Shown here piece by piece: positions 17,376 through 30,958 of a stretch of 64,000 nt of DNA. Made by a program: the position numbers and the translations under genes. The stretch is from assembly GCA_046563655.1 (NCBI GenBank), contig CM102284.1, positions 3,224,001 through 3,288,000 of the forward strand. The letters run 5' to 3'. The notes below the pieces were generated by a model that was not told the origin of the DNA, made no database searches, and saw only the letters and a program-made list of their open reading frames with translations. This stretch comes from Yuukianura sp. NJ FZ-2021. Its lineage: Eukaryota. Each line of letters opens with the position of its first letter. The stretch's first letter is position 1.

Positions 17376-20300
17376 ATGTCCCGGAAGTACAGTTACGGTA
17401 AAAGTAAGTCTCACGGGGGAGGAGCAGGTCTGCAGTTTGATAAGCTCCTCAAAGCTTGTAGCAACAGTAAGAAGCCATCAGTAACTAACACTACAGGAGC
17501 AGTGGGGCGTTTCGGGATCACATCCTTTACTTCAACCAGAAAGGCTGCCTTTGATGATTCAATCACCAGTAAGGCTTACTAACACCTTCAATTCAATTAA
17601 GTACTTAAGTTGAATTTTGGAAGAGGGTATTGATCGCTTAACTGCTTTTTATTGAATGTTATCGTTCTAGATGAGGAACAGACGTTTCCTCTTCCGAAGA
17701 GGCCTAGATTTGATGTGGATCGGAATTTGTCAGAACTCAATAGTGATTCTTATCCTTATGTGGAGAACTTTATGATGCCTTTTCGAACCGGTTCAAGTGA
17801 CCCACCTCCAGCTTCTGCTGTTATTATCAAGCCGAAGAAATTTTTTAAATCCCGAAACACAGACGCCGAACAAAGTCAAGGTACAACCGAAACTCCTCCA
17901 CCGTTACCAATGCCGATAAAAATTCCGACTCCACGCGTCCCTCAGACGAAGCAGATTAAACCAGCGGGGAGTAAAAAGCAAAATAGGAAGAAGTTGACAA
18001 CTAGCAGCGATTGCAGTAGTGAAACTGAAGGGAGTGTCAACACCAACAATGCCGGTGAAGTTGCTTCAGAAAGTAACACATCTTCGACAAGTCCTTCAAT
18101 TAAGCTTAGGATATTCAAGGACAAGAAAACGGCCAAGTTTGTTTTAGTTTCCGACACAACCCTGCCGCCAAAACTTGAGGCTCAAGTTCAGAAACAGGAG
18201 ATCGATTTTGTAGATACTCATCCGAAAAAACGTGGTAGGAAGCCAAAAACAGAGAGTGAAGTTGTTAAAACTAGTTCGAAATCAGCTAAAGTTCTCAAGG
18301 CAAAACCCATTCCTTCGCGAAGATCTGGACGTTTAACGAGGAATAGCTCGTCCTTGCGCTCGAATTCAATTGGAGACATGCCGGTCCTAACCGCCGCGGA
18401 AGACAGTCTGGAGAGTGACGAGGGTGACGACTTGGGCCAACCGTTTACGCCTTTGCCACGAACGGATACGGATGCCATCATTCAGCCGGAACTCCAAAGT
18501 CAAAGTGTTGAGAAGGTCGACTCAGCTGAACAGTTAGTACAACGACTTCAAGAGGAAGATGTGGAATTTCGAGAACTGAGTGCGATGCTGTCGTCCATGG
18601 AAGAAGTTCCGGAAAGTCAAAATGAAAAAGTTGAGGAAGAAAATGTTTTGGATTTGGCATTGGGTTCCGCTTCGCCCTTACCCCAAACAGAAACAAATAC
18701 AAATGAATTTCAAGAAAAAGTAACGCCACAGCCGTCGCCTATTGACTATTCAAGGAATGTTCCAGAATCTTGTCGAAGCCCGTCATTTTCGACTCAAATA
18801 ACCGTGGAAACTCAAGGCCCTAATCCAGAATCAGTGTCACGAGATTTCCGTACCATTCTGGAAGACGAATGGGATGAGACCTGCGAAGACGAATCTCCTA
18901 GACGCTCTTCTTTATCACCAACAAAAGTATCACGATTCGTAATGCCCGAGTTTTCCACAGAAAATCCATCGCCCTCACCGCCCTCTGGAAGACATTCTTC
19001 CAAGAACGAACATTTTTACGATTCGCCGAATTTTTCAACTCCAGTTCCACTTCCTGCTCAGCCGCCACTGAATTCTTCTTACTCCGTTCGAAATCTAATT
19101 TCGGAGATAACCAACTGCGAATCCGATTTTCAAACGAATTGCCCATCTACAGAGTACGGTGACATTCCTCTGGAATCTCGTTTGTATGGCAACGAAGAGA
19201 GTCGTTTGCCACGCACCCCGGAGAAACCAGTGACATCAAGAGACATAATAGGCTCAGCAAAGAAAGTTTCCATTTTTAAGAGTCGCATTAACCCTATGTC
19301 GAATCAGTCTGGATCAGCAATAAATCCGAAGAAACGCCTTGCGCTGTACAAACACAAATTTGGACAAGGTGCAGTTGACAAAGTGGACTTGGAGGGGCTG
19401 AATCCGAACCGTGCAGCGAATACTTTAGATGACGGATTCGGTGAGACACTGTTGGATTCGTCGGAACCGCTGAGTCTAAGAAGAAGCAGAACCGGTGAAG
19501 ATGGAAATGAACTGGAAAAGGGCTCTTCCAAGGTGTACTGTTCTCAACAGACGAAGAGGTTGTTCACGGTTGTTCGGAATGTCAAGGCAGTTCATGAGCT
19601 TCAGGAGTCCGGAGAGGTCCATGAATTCGATGGTGATATCTGGTACATTTTAGAGGACTTGAAACAATCCAACCCGGTATCCAGCAGGTAACTTGTAACT
19701 TATAACAGTCTGGATCCAGAGGAAATATCAAATGGCATTTGATTTATAATGACAATTTCAATTTATGAATTTTGTTTGCCCGATATGTCAATAGGTGCCT
19801 GTCCGCAATAACTTTAGCTACGAGGTGTATGGAACCAGCATTTAGAATGCATTTACGAGCACATGGAACTGTCGCTGAATTTTCCAAAGAACTCCGAGAT
19901 GCCCCCAATAATATACCGGTTAGCCATGTTAACCTTAATAAGAGTTTGTCATTTTGTGTTTCCCGATTACGGGAATAGCATTTATGTATTGTTAATATTT
20001 GCTGGTTTTAGGTTTTAGCATTAGCTGCTGCAACGGTTTTGTTTGTCTTGAGTCAAGACAGACTAAATATGGATTTAGATACAGAAAGCTTTCTACTCAT
20101 CCTCGCCTTGGCAAAAACTGAACAGAACTCCCAACTCTTAGACGAGAACCCTGAGCTGATTAAGCATAAACAGAGGATTATTGACCTTGTTCAAGAAATG
20201 AAGAACCGAGGTCATGCTAAGCACATCAAGGTTGAAAAGATCACGGTGAGTTTGATTTCCGATTCTTAGAAACCGAAGTTCAAGAGAATTGTGGTGTTGT

Positions 20301-21911
20301 TGTTTTGGTCGTCTTTGTTGATGTGAGTGACAAGACTGACAATCACCCTTAACTCTTTGATTAATGTAATTTTGGTGATACTGTGTTCTAGGCTTCCGAG
20401 TTGGCTCTGGAAACACTACTTTTTCTAACTTCAAAACGAGCTGGAGAGTGGGTGAAACGAGAACTTCGAACACTGGGTGGTTTGGACTACATTGTGACTG
20501 AGGTTGAGAAATCGCTGAGCTTGTTGGAATGGGATATTGTGGAGAGGGGCTGGGGCGAGGCCCAATCTGATTTGTTATGGAAGATCGACCGGTGTCTCAA
20601 AGTTCTCCAGCAAGTCACGTTCAACCATGAAGAAAATCAGAAGTATCTACTGGGATTAACAAATCCCACGACCGACTTACCGCCACCACTACATTCACCA
20701 GAACTGTTTGTTCGTTTGTTCCGGTTTCTCAGTCATCATGTATCATATCAAGCAAAAGACTCCGACCACTTCCTTGCTCTGCAAGAGGTTCTCTTTTCCG
20801 TGTTGCGAGTGTTGGTGAACCTGACACATGATTATCGTGGAATTGGTACGCTCACTTTTAAGCAGAATGTGTATGAGACATGATGCTAACTTTTATTTAT
20901 ATTGTAGTTCTTGGCAGCGAAATATTATCCAGTCACGAAGGATTCCTCTACTTGACTCTCCACTCTATTTTCAAACTATCAACGTCATTTGTGGATGGAA
21001 AAGGTTTTGATCTCATGATGCATGTAAGTCCAAGGAATTCATTTGGGTTTTGGTTGAACCTTACGATGTAATTGATTTATAGTCACTGTGCATGCTGTTG
21101 AACATTGTGGAACACAGCAGAAGGAACAGAGAAGTTGTATTGGGAATGAAAGTTCAGCTACAACTAGAGGCGTCCTCAGGAGGAGATGCTGAGTCGTTCC
21201 AGGAAACGTCGACACTTGACGCCCTCGTACAGTTCTTTTTCAAGAAGGAGAGCGAAGCGCAGAAGGAAGAAGCGTCGACGGACGACATTCTAACGAACAG
21301 CACTGAAAAGAAAGACAGTCAAAGTAGTCAGGCATCCGGAGACTCCCAATCTTTATCCCAGGACAGCAAAGACGGAGAGAATTCTTCTGTCCAAGACATA
21401 ATTGACAAGCTCATTGAGACCGCTGGAAAGCATATGGAAAGCAGCATGATTGCCGCTCACATTTCTCTACTCATCGCCTATCTCGTCATGCACGATTCTG
21501 TAAGCCAAAATAAGTTGTTTTTTTTCCTCGCTGTTTTTATTGCCCGAATGGATTAACATTTTGATGTAATTTCTACAGGAGGCAACATCATACTTGATAA
21601 AAGCTATGCCCAATTCGAGACTCTTGCCCCTGATGATTTTGCTGAAGAAGTTGTTCAACTTTATGAGTATCACCACGTCGGTATGGGATTTAATTGTTTT
21701 ACAGTAAAACCCCGCATTGCACAACACTTTCATCTATTAGGAGTTTTACTGTATTTCGTATTTTGGGTCACTTTTTAATTAATCCATTTGAAAATCATTT
21801 CAGACCGCCGGAAGCACAAGGGGCCTCAAAGCAACATCAGTTGCCTTGAAATTTTTTGAGCAGTGTGATCCCGAGTCAGCAACCGATCTGAAGCGGATCA
21901 TCCCCGACTAA
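17376..21911 (+). CDS. WAPL: Wings apart-like cohesin release factor
   Basis: Long disordered N-terminus (large exon 17671-19687), then the WAPL domain LQESGEVHEFDGDIWYILEDL...R|CLSAITLATRCMEPAFRMHLRAHG, LSQDRLNMDLD, RELRTLGGLDYI, VLVNLTHD, AGKHMESSMIAAH; TAA 21909-21911. Confidence 0.95.
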
Positions 21912-22165
21912 TTCATTACATAATATTAATAATACACTTATAAAATTCTGACGATCATGAGGAAACTGTAGTAAAACTAAGTATGTAAAATAATTCAATT
22001 TTAGTTGTTTATTATGCTGCATACTAAAGCAATTTTAATTATAATTTGATCTTTACCGACCCTGTAAAAAAAATACAAAAATCAGGTTGAATAAATTAGC
22101 GTAGAAACTTATATTCTCGTTGATGTCTAATATGCGCTAAAATAATTTCGTAAAAGTTGTATATT

Positions 22166-25100
22166 TTAGAACTCGTACGAGATGAAATTGAGGGTTACTG
22201 CAATAATTGTTAACATTGTGATGTGGTAGTGCTTCTCAGCTGAATTTACCGTGAAAATACTGATAGCGGCAAAATCTTCTGGAACAAATGCTTGACATTC
22301 CTTAGTGCTACCGGACGTGGGTCCTCCTTCTACTAAAAGCGCAGTTGATCTTATACAGATCGAGGTCATTCCTGGGACAGGCTGTAGTTGGGCACTTCGT
22401 ACGTTGTAGCTAAAAACTCTTGTCCAAAGACTTTGCTTCTTAGAGTCCTCCAAAGTAAGTTGGAATCCGGACATCTCAGCCTTTGAAGTAACGACACTCC
22501 AGACAATCTGGATAATATTTTGCCGGGTTTCCACTCTTCTGATTTCTAATTCCTTCTTTGGAGAAATAATCGGCGCAAGGTAGTCTGTATTGTCACAAAC
22601 AAGTTCCGAGTCTGATAGGCCCTGCAGTCGGATCGCTGCTTTACTAGTTTTGGAGATACATTCAGCCTGCAAGTAGTCTTTGTAGAACAATGCCGAGTTA
22701 TTGGACAGCTTCTGCCGGAATTCTTCGAAGAAACGAACCAATGGTACGAATCGACAGTCGCAAGCGATTGGATTCTGGTTGAGAAGGATTCTAGAGCCGT
22801 TTTGAATTTTTGTTACAAAAGCTGCATCCAGAAACGGAATGGCGTTCGCAGTCAAATTCAGCACCAGAAATGGAGCTTTCTGTAGCACTTCCACTGGGAA
22901 TTTGCGCAGTCGGTTCCCTTGTAGTTTTAGTTCTCGAAGATTTGGTGGGGGTCCTATTGCAGCGCTATCCAGGATTCCAATGTTATTGTAACTCAAATCG
23001 AGCGTAGCTAGGTTAGACAGATTGCCGAAGACACTTGGGCGTATGTCTGAAATTGTGTTGAAGCTGAGGTTGAGGTCAACTAAAGTCTTAGTGCCGCGGA
23101 GAAAGTCTTTGGTGATAGAAACAAGGAAATTGTGACTGAGGTCGACGTGCAACAGTCGATATGGAGTCCATTCTTTGGATGGAAATGTGAGTGCCTTCAC
23201 AGACGAAAAACGATTGTGTGAAATGTCCAATGTTTCTAGGGAAAGATTTTCTTCAAAAACACATTGGGTTCCGTTTTCTGTCCTTTCGATGAAATTGTGA
23301 GACAAGTTGAGAACTTTGAGCGACACCAAACTGCTGAAGCATCCGACGACAAGTGTAGAGATGTTGTTCCTGGAGAGGTTGAGAGTTTGAAGTTGAAGCA
23401 ATCCGTCAAAAGCTTTCTGTTCGATTGTGTCGACTTTGTTGTTAGAAAGGTCAAGGTTGAACAGAACCGGAAGCCGTCCAAAAGCAACTTTCTTCAGAGT
23501 AGTGATTGAGTTATCTGCCAAATCTATCCTTTGAACAATAGTCAGGGATGACAGGGCATCGATTGGAACCTGAACAAAATCAGTGTTTATATACCCGACT
23601 CATGAAATTAAACTTCGAATGTAACATCTTCTGCTCACTTCTGATAAGTTGTTTTGTTCCAGTTTGATTTCTTGGAGAGTCCCCAAACCACTGAAGGATC
23701 CCCCATCAAGATTCCCACCCAATTGATTCCCGTTAAGGTTGAGGCGAAGGAGAGCGTTCATAACTGGCCAAGCCTTGGCGAGTGAAGTAATTTCATTGTT
23801 TGACACATCCAAAGAACTTAGTGAACCCGAAATCTAGAATGCATAGTTTTAGTTTTGATAAAACGTAAGCGTCCAAGTTAGTATAATTCAAACTCGAAAT
23901 TACCACAGTAATTGAACCGAAGATTTTACCTGGAAAACTGATTTTAGCTTGTTGTCGCTCACATCTAGATGACGCAGGGAAGCCAATTGAGTAAAAGCGG
24001 CTGGACTAATAACTGAGATGACATTGTGTTTTAGTGTAAGGCCAATCAATGTCGGAATTGTTCCAAAAGTAGAACCTCGAACTTGACTCATATTGTTGAA
24101 ACTGCGCACACAGAAGCCAATGTTAGAATTTAAACTGAAAGACGTAGAACCCTAGGTTTAAGCAACTCCACGATTACCTCATGTCAAGGTGACGAAGACT
24201 GAAAAGACTCGTGAAAATGGCAGCGTGAACTTTCGAAATATTGTTATGACTCAGATCCAGAGTATGCAGTTCGTAAAGCTTTGGAAATGTATTCTTCGGA
24301 ACTTCTTCTAATTCGTTGTACGATGCATTCAGAATTTTCAGACCATGGAATGATTTCAAAGGAACGTTTCCAAGACTTGGCAAAAGATTGAACTCCAATC
24401 GCAATTCTGTTGGATAGGAAAAATCGTCGAATGTCCCACGCGTGAAATTTTCAATCCGATTGTGGCTGAGGTCAAGCACAGTGATGTTGACACAGTTGAC
24501 GAAAGAGTCTTTATCAAATCTTGATATCTCGTTGTGGCTCATATTGATGGCAACGTAGGACAGGTCCTTAAAGGCTTCCTTTTTGACGTCTGTGATTACA
24601 TTCTGTGACACGTCCAGGATTTCAGCCTGCGTAAGTCCAGAAAACAGTTGGTAATCGACCACACTTAGACGGTTTCTGCTGAGGTCAATTGTTCCGATTT
24701 TGTTGATGGCATCAAATGTTGAGCGACCAATCTGGAATTAAGTATAAATTAATTTTCAGTAGCTCAAAATTGATCAAGAGAGGATTGTTGCTACTAGTAC
24801 GTGTTTCATTACATCAACTATTAAATTGTCACTTAGGTAGAGACGCCGCAAGAGCCGCATCCCCCTTAGTGTAGTGGCATCCAGCTTTGAAATTTTGTTA
24901 TGCGTAAGGTGAATGACACGAAGGAAGTTATTTCTGGCAAATGCCCCACGCTTGAATTCTGGAATTTGGTTGTGTGATCCATTGAACCACGTTAGTTTGG
25001 TCAAATGATTGAAGTAACCCGGGTCCAACTTTGAGAACTTGTTGAACGAAATGTCAAAAAACTCCAGACTTTTTTGTTGCTAAAATCAAAAGAAATCAGC

Positions 25101-25967
25101 AACACAAGATTATTACAGTAGTCTTTTTTTAATGCTATTAAGTTCTCCTGATATCACCTGCAAAGCGTCCTTGGGTAGATCTGTGAGCTGGTTCGCATGC
25201 AAATCCAAACGCTGAAGTCCACGCAGTGACGAAAATGTCGATTTTGACAAGATGGAGACATTTCCATTTGATATCCGAAGAGCCTTCAGACCGTCCAGAC
25301 CGGTAATAGGAAGCGTTAGATTATAAATTTGATGTCCATCAAGGGTTAGTGACTCCAGATTTTTGAGAGCTTGGAACGCCGTGTTTGAGTATTCCTTGAT
25401 ATTTGAGTTGAGCAGTTGGAAATCCTATAACCAAAATTTTCAGCGTAAAATTGCTTGGAAATAAAAACTGGAATCAGGAAAGAAACGACATCCTGCTACC
25501 TTTAGCGTTTTCCGAATTTCGTACAAAAAATCCGACAGGATACGCGTAGCCGCAGTGTTCTCAATGACTAGCTTCGTAATGTTTTGATTCTCCAGCAGAG
25601 GTCCGAATAGGGTTTTAGCGTTAAGTTTCCGAATGTGGAGGATTTCAATTGGTGTTTGAGTCCGAGCAACGTGTGCGAGTCCGGCAGACAGCGTAGCAAG
25701 TGATACCTTTCACAAATAAAATACAATTGTAACACAATTACTAAATTTTAACAGCCAGCTGATTGAGTGTTTAGTTAGAACACTTACATCTTCACAGCGA
25801 AGACTGATACCGTTGTCGTTTGAAGACAGACAAACGCATGGCCATATTTGATTCAGCTTAGGGCATTTGAACTTTGGTCCCGGGGGGATGTAACCTCCGG
25901 TCACCCCGATTGAGATGTAACTGGAAATACTAACATTGACGAAAATGAAAAACAGCAAATTCCACAT
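22166..25967 (-). CDS. Large secreted or GPI-anchored leucine-rich-repeat protein (convoluted/ALS/chaoptin-like)
   Basis: Signal peptide MWNLLFF..., LRRNT YIPPGPKFKCP...PCVC, many LxxLxLxxNxL repeats over 8 exons, LRRCT NPIACDC...C...C, FN3-like segment and hydrophobic C-terminal tail. Confidence 0.9.
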
Positions 25968-28587
25968 TGTTTACGCTGCGGCTGCGAACGAGATTAGAGT
26001 TCTCGTTCCAGTTGTTCTAGTTTATGCGGAAACGGAAGGAAGCATACAAACGTTTTAGTAAACGAGTTCAACATTCAACAAATTAAGAAACTTTGACACG
26101 GTCAATTACAAAAATCGAGGGGTTGATCAATATATCTACTATCTACCACGTTGCCTTTATCACCTTATTTTTGAGACTTGTGAAAACGAAAGTTGTTTAC
26201 CTTGAGAGAGCTCAGTTTTGCCTCAGGCTAGAAGCCGTTTCTGTTTCTTCTGAAGACGAGTTCTCTATCCTCTCCTGCAGCATTTCAAATTCCAATTTTA
26301 TTGTCGTAATGAACAATTAATAATTAAAACATTTAAGTAGTAATTAGAACTGAATCCGACGGGAAGTTCATGTGTCCTCTCCGTCCTGGGAAACTAATGC
26401 TACTATTACATAGTACCGTAAACTTTCAAGACTACCCCGTCGCAATGCTGATCTTCCTCAAATTCTAAAATAAACCCCAAATCCAATCCTACGGCACGCT
26501 CTGGAAACTTCAGTGAAAGTATAAGTGAAAGCTTGCTGGTGCGAAGCGGATGCTATCCAGTAGCTTTCTTTCTAAATGATTAAGCTTAAAAATTCATGTA
26601 GTAATACGCCGGAATTGCAAGAATCTGAAAAAATAAAAACTGTAGGTGAAAAAAAAAATGCTTGATTTTAATTTTGTTAATTTCTTGTTCCTTGGTTGAA
26701 GATCATTTGTTAGTAAGATTAGTAGAATTCATAAACAATTTTGAAGTGACAGACGAAGGGAAGATACCAGCTAAGCTAACGTTATATCCTCCAATCTAAT
26801 CGTTTCCGAAAAGTCCGAAGCTTTTTACAAAAGTCTTAAATCGTTGATTCATTATGGTAGTAACTCAATTCAAGCTATGAAAAATCTACCCAGTGCAACA
26901 AATTTAACCCAATTCTAAAATACTTTCACTGATCAATGATTCCAGAATCTGACTCTAGTACAATTTGAACTTCCACCAAAGTTGCTTATTCATTTATTTT
27001 TGTCCACTTGTCATCGGAGCATGTGGGATTTGATTAAAAGTCTACTAGATTCAATCTTCACAAACAACTCCCAGTTCCAGCTTGCCAAGCATTCACTAAA
27101 CGCTGAAGTTTGGAAGTTCCCTAAATCCTATTAACTCATGCCCTTCGTTTGAACAAAAATTGGGAACAGAGTTCATCAAATTTATCATTCCGCACTGCAT
27201 CTAACTTTTCCGTTGTAACAAAAGGCGGGTTTTTTCGGTCTTTTAGACGCAACGCTTCCCCTCCTCCCCAAGTTACATGCGAGGAAGGGGGATGATTTTT
27301 TCCTCCGGTAATTCGTAGTCACTGCTCGTCCAGAAAAGAAGTCCTAACCTTACCCCCTGCTGCGACACATTACACACTGACTTTCACATTTTGTGGACCA
27401 TCTAAATTGATCCTAATTAGACTCTGGAGCTGGAGGGGAGGGGCCAGCACTCTTCCATGCCTGAGACAAGATCAATTTTTCATTTGGCCAACTTTCACCT
27501 GAAGTTGATCCAGGGGGACTGGAGTTGGAAGGGCTCCAAGATCTGCATTGAAGAAACATGATGTGTGGAATGATAAAGGAATTGTTGAATTTGAAAACCA
27601 TCTCTTTCCTTTCCGCTTTCTTCCTTCATTAACTCAATTGTTAGGGTAGTAGAGAGCAAAAAACGGAAAAACATTGTTCACTAGTATCCCTCTATGCCTT
27701 CTTCCCCACTTCCCACTTTATTAAAATCCAAACCATTATTCACAAATACACATCTACAGATCATCCTCACAAGTCAACCATTAAAAAACACAATCTGTCT
27801 ATCTCTTCCTCTTTTTTTTGCTTTAAATTTATCTGGAGGCTCATCTTCAAAGATGTATCTGATCATATCTTTTCAGATCTGAAATTCATATCTGAAATTC
27901 AATGATTTATTAATGCAATGCAGCTTTATTTAGTGAGCTTTATTTAGTGAAGTTTGGTTTGTGAGAAAACTTTGTAGGTTGAAATCGTAAAATAAAACGC
28001 CGTCTAAAATTTTGTAATTTTAGGCCTAGTGCGGTACATGGTGAATTTACAATGAAAAAAATATGAAATCTACCAACTGGCAGTTATGTTTGTCTCATTG
28101 TGCCATTTATAAAAAACCATTGGATAAAATGAGGAATTTTAAGAAACTTTTAGTTTCTACTTTATTTCCTATGATTTAGTTTAGCGAAACGTTGTGACTC
28201 GTGGAAATCCGGGCCTTAAAACAAAAACTACAGAAATTTTGAGAGAGAAATAATTAGGAAAGACGAAAGTTGAAAATGCGATATATTTTATTTTATTTGG
28301 GCTAATTTTATAATTTTTTGAGTTGATGATCCTAATTTAGGGTGCAGATGTCGCCAGCATTGGATGTGATTGGTGGTAGATTTTGATGATTAAGGTTGCC
28401 AGTAGTGACTCGACAGAAAGTGGGACTGTTCAGGTGAATGCGTAGAGCATAGTGAGGGGCGATGCTGAAGTTGAGTCGGAGTCAGACAATTGTGAAGATT
28501 TCTCAAATGAAGAATTCCCTGAAGAAATCATCAATCTATTTTTAGATCCGTGATCATTCCACTCTGTCACACTTTTCCCATTGTGTC

Positions 28588-30958
28588 TCAACCACAACCA
28601 AACACAAACGTCAAGTGGCATTTCCAAATGTGGTCGTTGACTGAACCAGGTACAGCATCAACACTGCTGCCGTTTCATTTCGGCCTTTTTTGCAGAGGTA
28701 CTGACGCGGAACCACCGCCATCGTCGTCAAATGACCACTTCAAAATCAAATGCCTTCCACTTGACCAATCACAAAACGTTAAAAAAAGAAAAGTGGTTAA
28801 AAGCGTTTTTCATCAGCCTCAAATTGTATTGGAAATTGGTTTAAATTTTAGCGGGTTTTTTAGATTTTTTTTTGTTCCAATCGCTTCATAACTCGGGTTT
28901 TCCTAAATCGGCGTGAAAAAACGATTGCATACCGTGAAGCGGCTGCAGACTAAAGGCACCTCCCTTCTTTTGTTTCGCCATGTGCTTCTTCTGCCTAGCA
29001 CGGGAGTTCTGGAACCAAACTTGGGTGACTCGTTTGGATAACCCAGTCATTTGAGCGATTCTTTCCAAATCCTAAAGTTCAAATACCAATGAAAAATTTA
29101 TAAAAACGAACTTTTTAGTAAAATTTTAGCAAACCTGGCCGTCTGGATTAGAATCGATTTGGAAATGTGTCTGTAGAGTTGCCAATTGTTCATCAGTGAA
29201 AGTCGTTCTAACGCGTTTTGTTTTGGATTTACTAGAAGATGAGGAAGATTCTCCATCGCAGCTATCTAGAATTAGTTTTACTTTTATATTAAAAAAAATT
29301 AGCCATCATTAATCAAGTCTTAGTTAAATGAACTCACCACCCTCATTTGACGATCGATCAGCTTCAAATATTTCCTGAAAATGTGATTTACAAAGGACTT
29401 TGTCATCAAGAAGAGCAAATTCTTCACCAGTTGACAACTGACGCTTGCATCCGTCGCAGGCAAAACAGGCTAGGTGGTACACTTGCTCTCGTGCACGGCG
29501 GACCCAGTCGGTGGGACTAATGAACCGACTGCACTTGGAACACTTTGTGCCAAACAGGCTAAAATTAAGAAAAAAAAAATAGAAAAGTTTAGTTCTCCGG
29601 GATAAAAAAAAACTTTTTTAGATGAACCAAAAAAAAAACTTTCTTTTTTGAAGCTGGTGAAAAGAAGTATTTACATAATTTGGACTCCTAATTTGTCTGT
29701 GTTGAATGATGGTTGTGAATTGGCGTGCTTACTAATTTTTCTCCCCGCAGCTTTCACCCCCTTTCTCCTCTGTGCGTCTACTGAAGTGGAAAAGGGAGAG
29801 AATTATCCCTCCTATTCAATATATCCCTCATGTTTCACACACAATTCAAACGGAACAATAAAAATTCAAATACAAATCCAATTCCTTACTGCTACACTTT
29901 CAAACTTTCCTCTTTTCCAAAAAAAAAAATGTTTCTAACTTCCACATTTCAAGTAGTTTTCCATTGCTCAGTTGTTGTGCAAAGAAAATATTTTCTCCAC
30001 ACTTTTTGTAATATTTTCATTATTTGGGTCCTGGCGTTCGAAAATTCTTGTTTTTGAAAATCGTATTAACTTGGAAGATGTGCATTGAAGGGGAAGTGTT
30101 GAGGCGAGAATATAAATAGAGCCACTTTGAAAATTTCCTGGAAGCTGTAAGTTTATTTGCTGGAGGGTGGTTCATATTTACAGTTTGTGTTGGTGGGACT
30201 TCGGAATACTGCGGATGTCCCTGGGCACTTCGAAGCATGTATGAAATTGGATTACGTAGGGTTGGGGTGAGTTCAATAGGTGTTGATTATTTGTGTAATT
30301 CCATTTGTTGATTGATACAAAACTACAAATACAACACAAGGCACACAACGAACTTTTAAATGGGAGAGTTTTTCCTTTTGCTAAAAGAATTAAGCAGACA
30401 CACGGGCAAAATAACAAAAGAATGTGAAAACAAGTGTTTTCCAATTGGAAATAAAATTTTTAATACCTACGTTTGAAAATGTATTCAATGTGTAGTTTGT
30501 CTTTGCTTTTCAACAAATACACGGCGATCCAGTTTTTAAAAAATATAAAAAAAAAAAAATTCTCCTGATCAGTCATCAACAACAGGCATAATTTTGTATA
30601 TGTAATGTGCTTATGCTTGATGTTGGCTTTAGTTTACAGGCAAATGGAGAAAGTACTTACGCTTGGTAGTCAGTTTTGCAGTAAACTTGTGAATTTCTGA
30701 GGTAGCACAGGGATTCGTTTTCTAATGGAATGTGACAGTCTGTGCATTTCAGACACTTGGAGTGATAGGGCAGTCCACTCACTTCTAAGATGTACCTATC
30801 CAGAATCACTACGTTGCATCCAGTACAAACAATCCCTTCGCAATGCATCTAAATCAAAAAATCAGGATATCAAAACAGTTTTTCAATAAAAGTTTGAATT
30901 TTGAAATTTTTACCTTCGGTGTATCGCTTCCAAGTGAGCTGCAACTCCTACTGTCCAT
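28588..30958 (-). CDS. Awh: LIM-homeobox protein Arrowhead (Lhx6/8 group), paralogue 1; 3' terminal exon uncertain
   Basis: Exons 30958-30914, 30848-30661 (LIM1), 29558-29338 (LIM2 [18 protein letters not shown]), 29265-29135 and 29071-28933 (homeodomain [48 protein letters not shown]). The stop is at 28886 if unspliced, or near 28588 via a tentative last exon. Confidence 0.92.

Noticed and set aside
17942-19531. Minus-strand ORFs inside WAPL, and similar shadows inside other genes
   Set aside because: Antisense shadows of real coding exons.
27413-27545. Ser/Pro-rich minus-strand ORF after a plausible acceptor, as a distal Awh1 exon
   Set aside because: No donor of matching phase could be tied to it and it has no recognisable homology.
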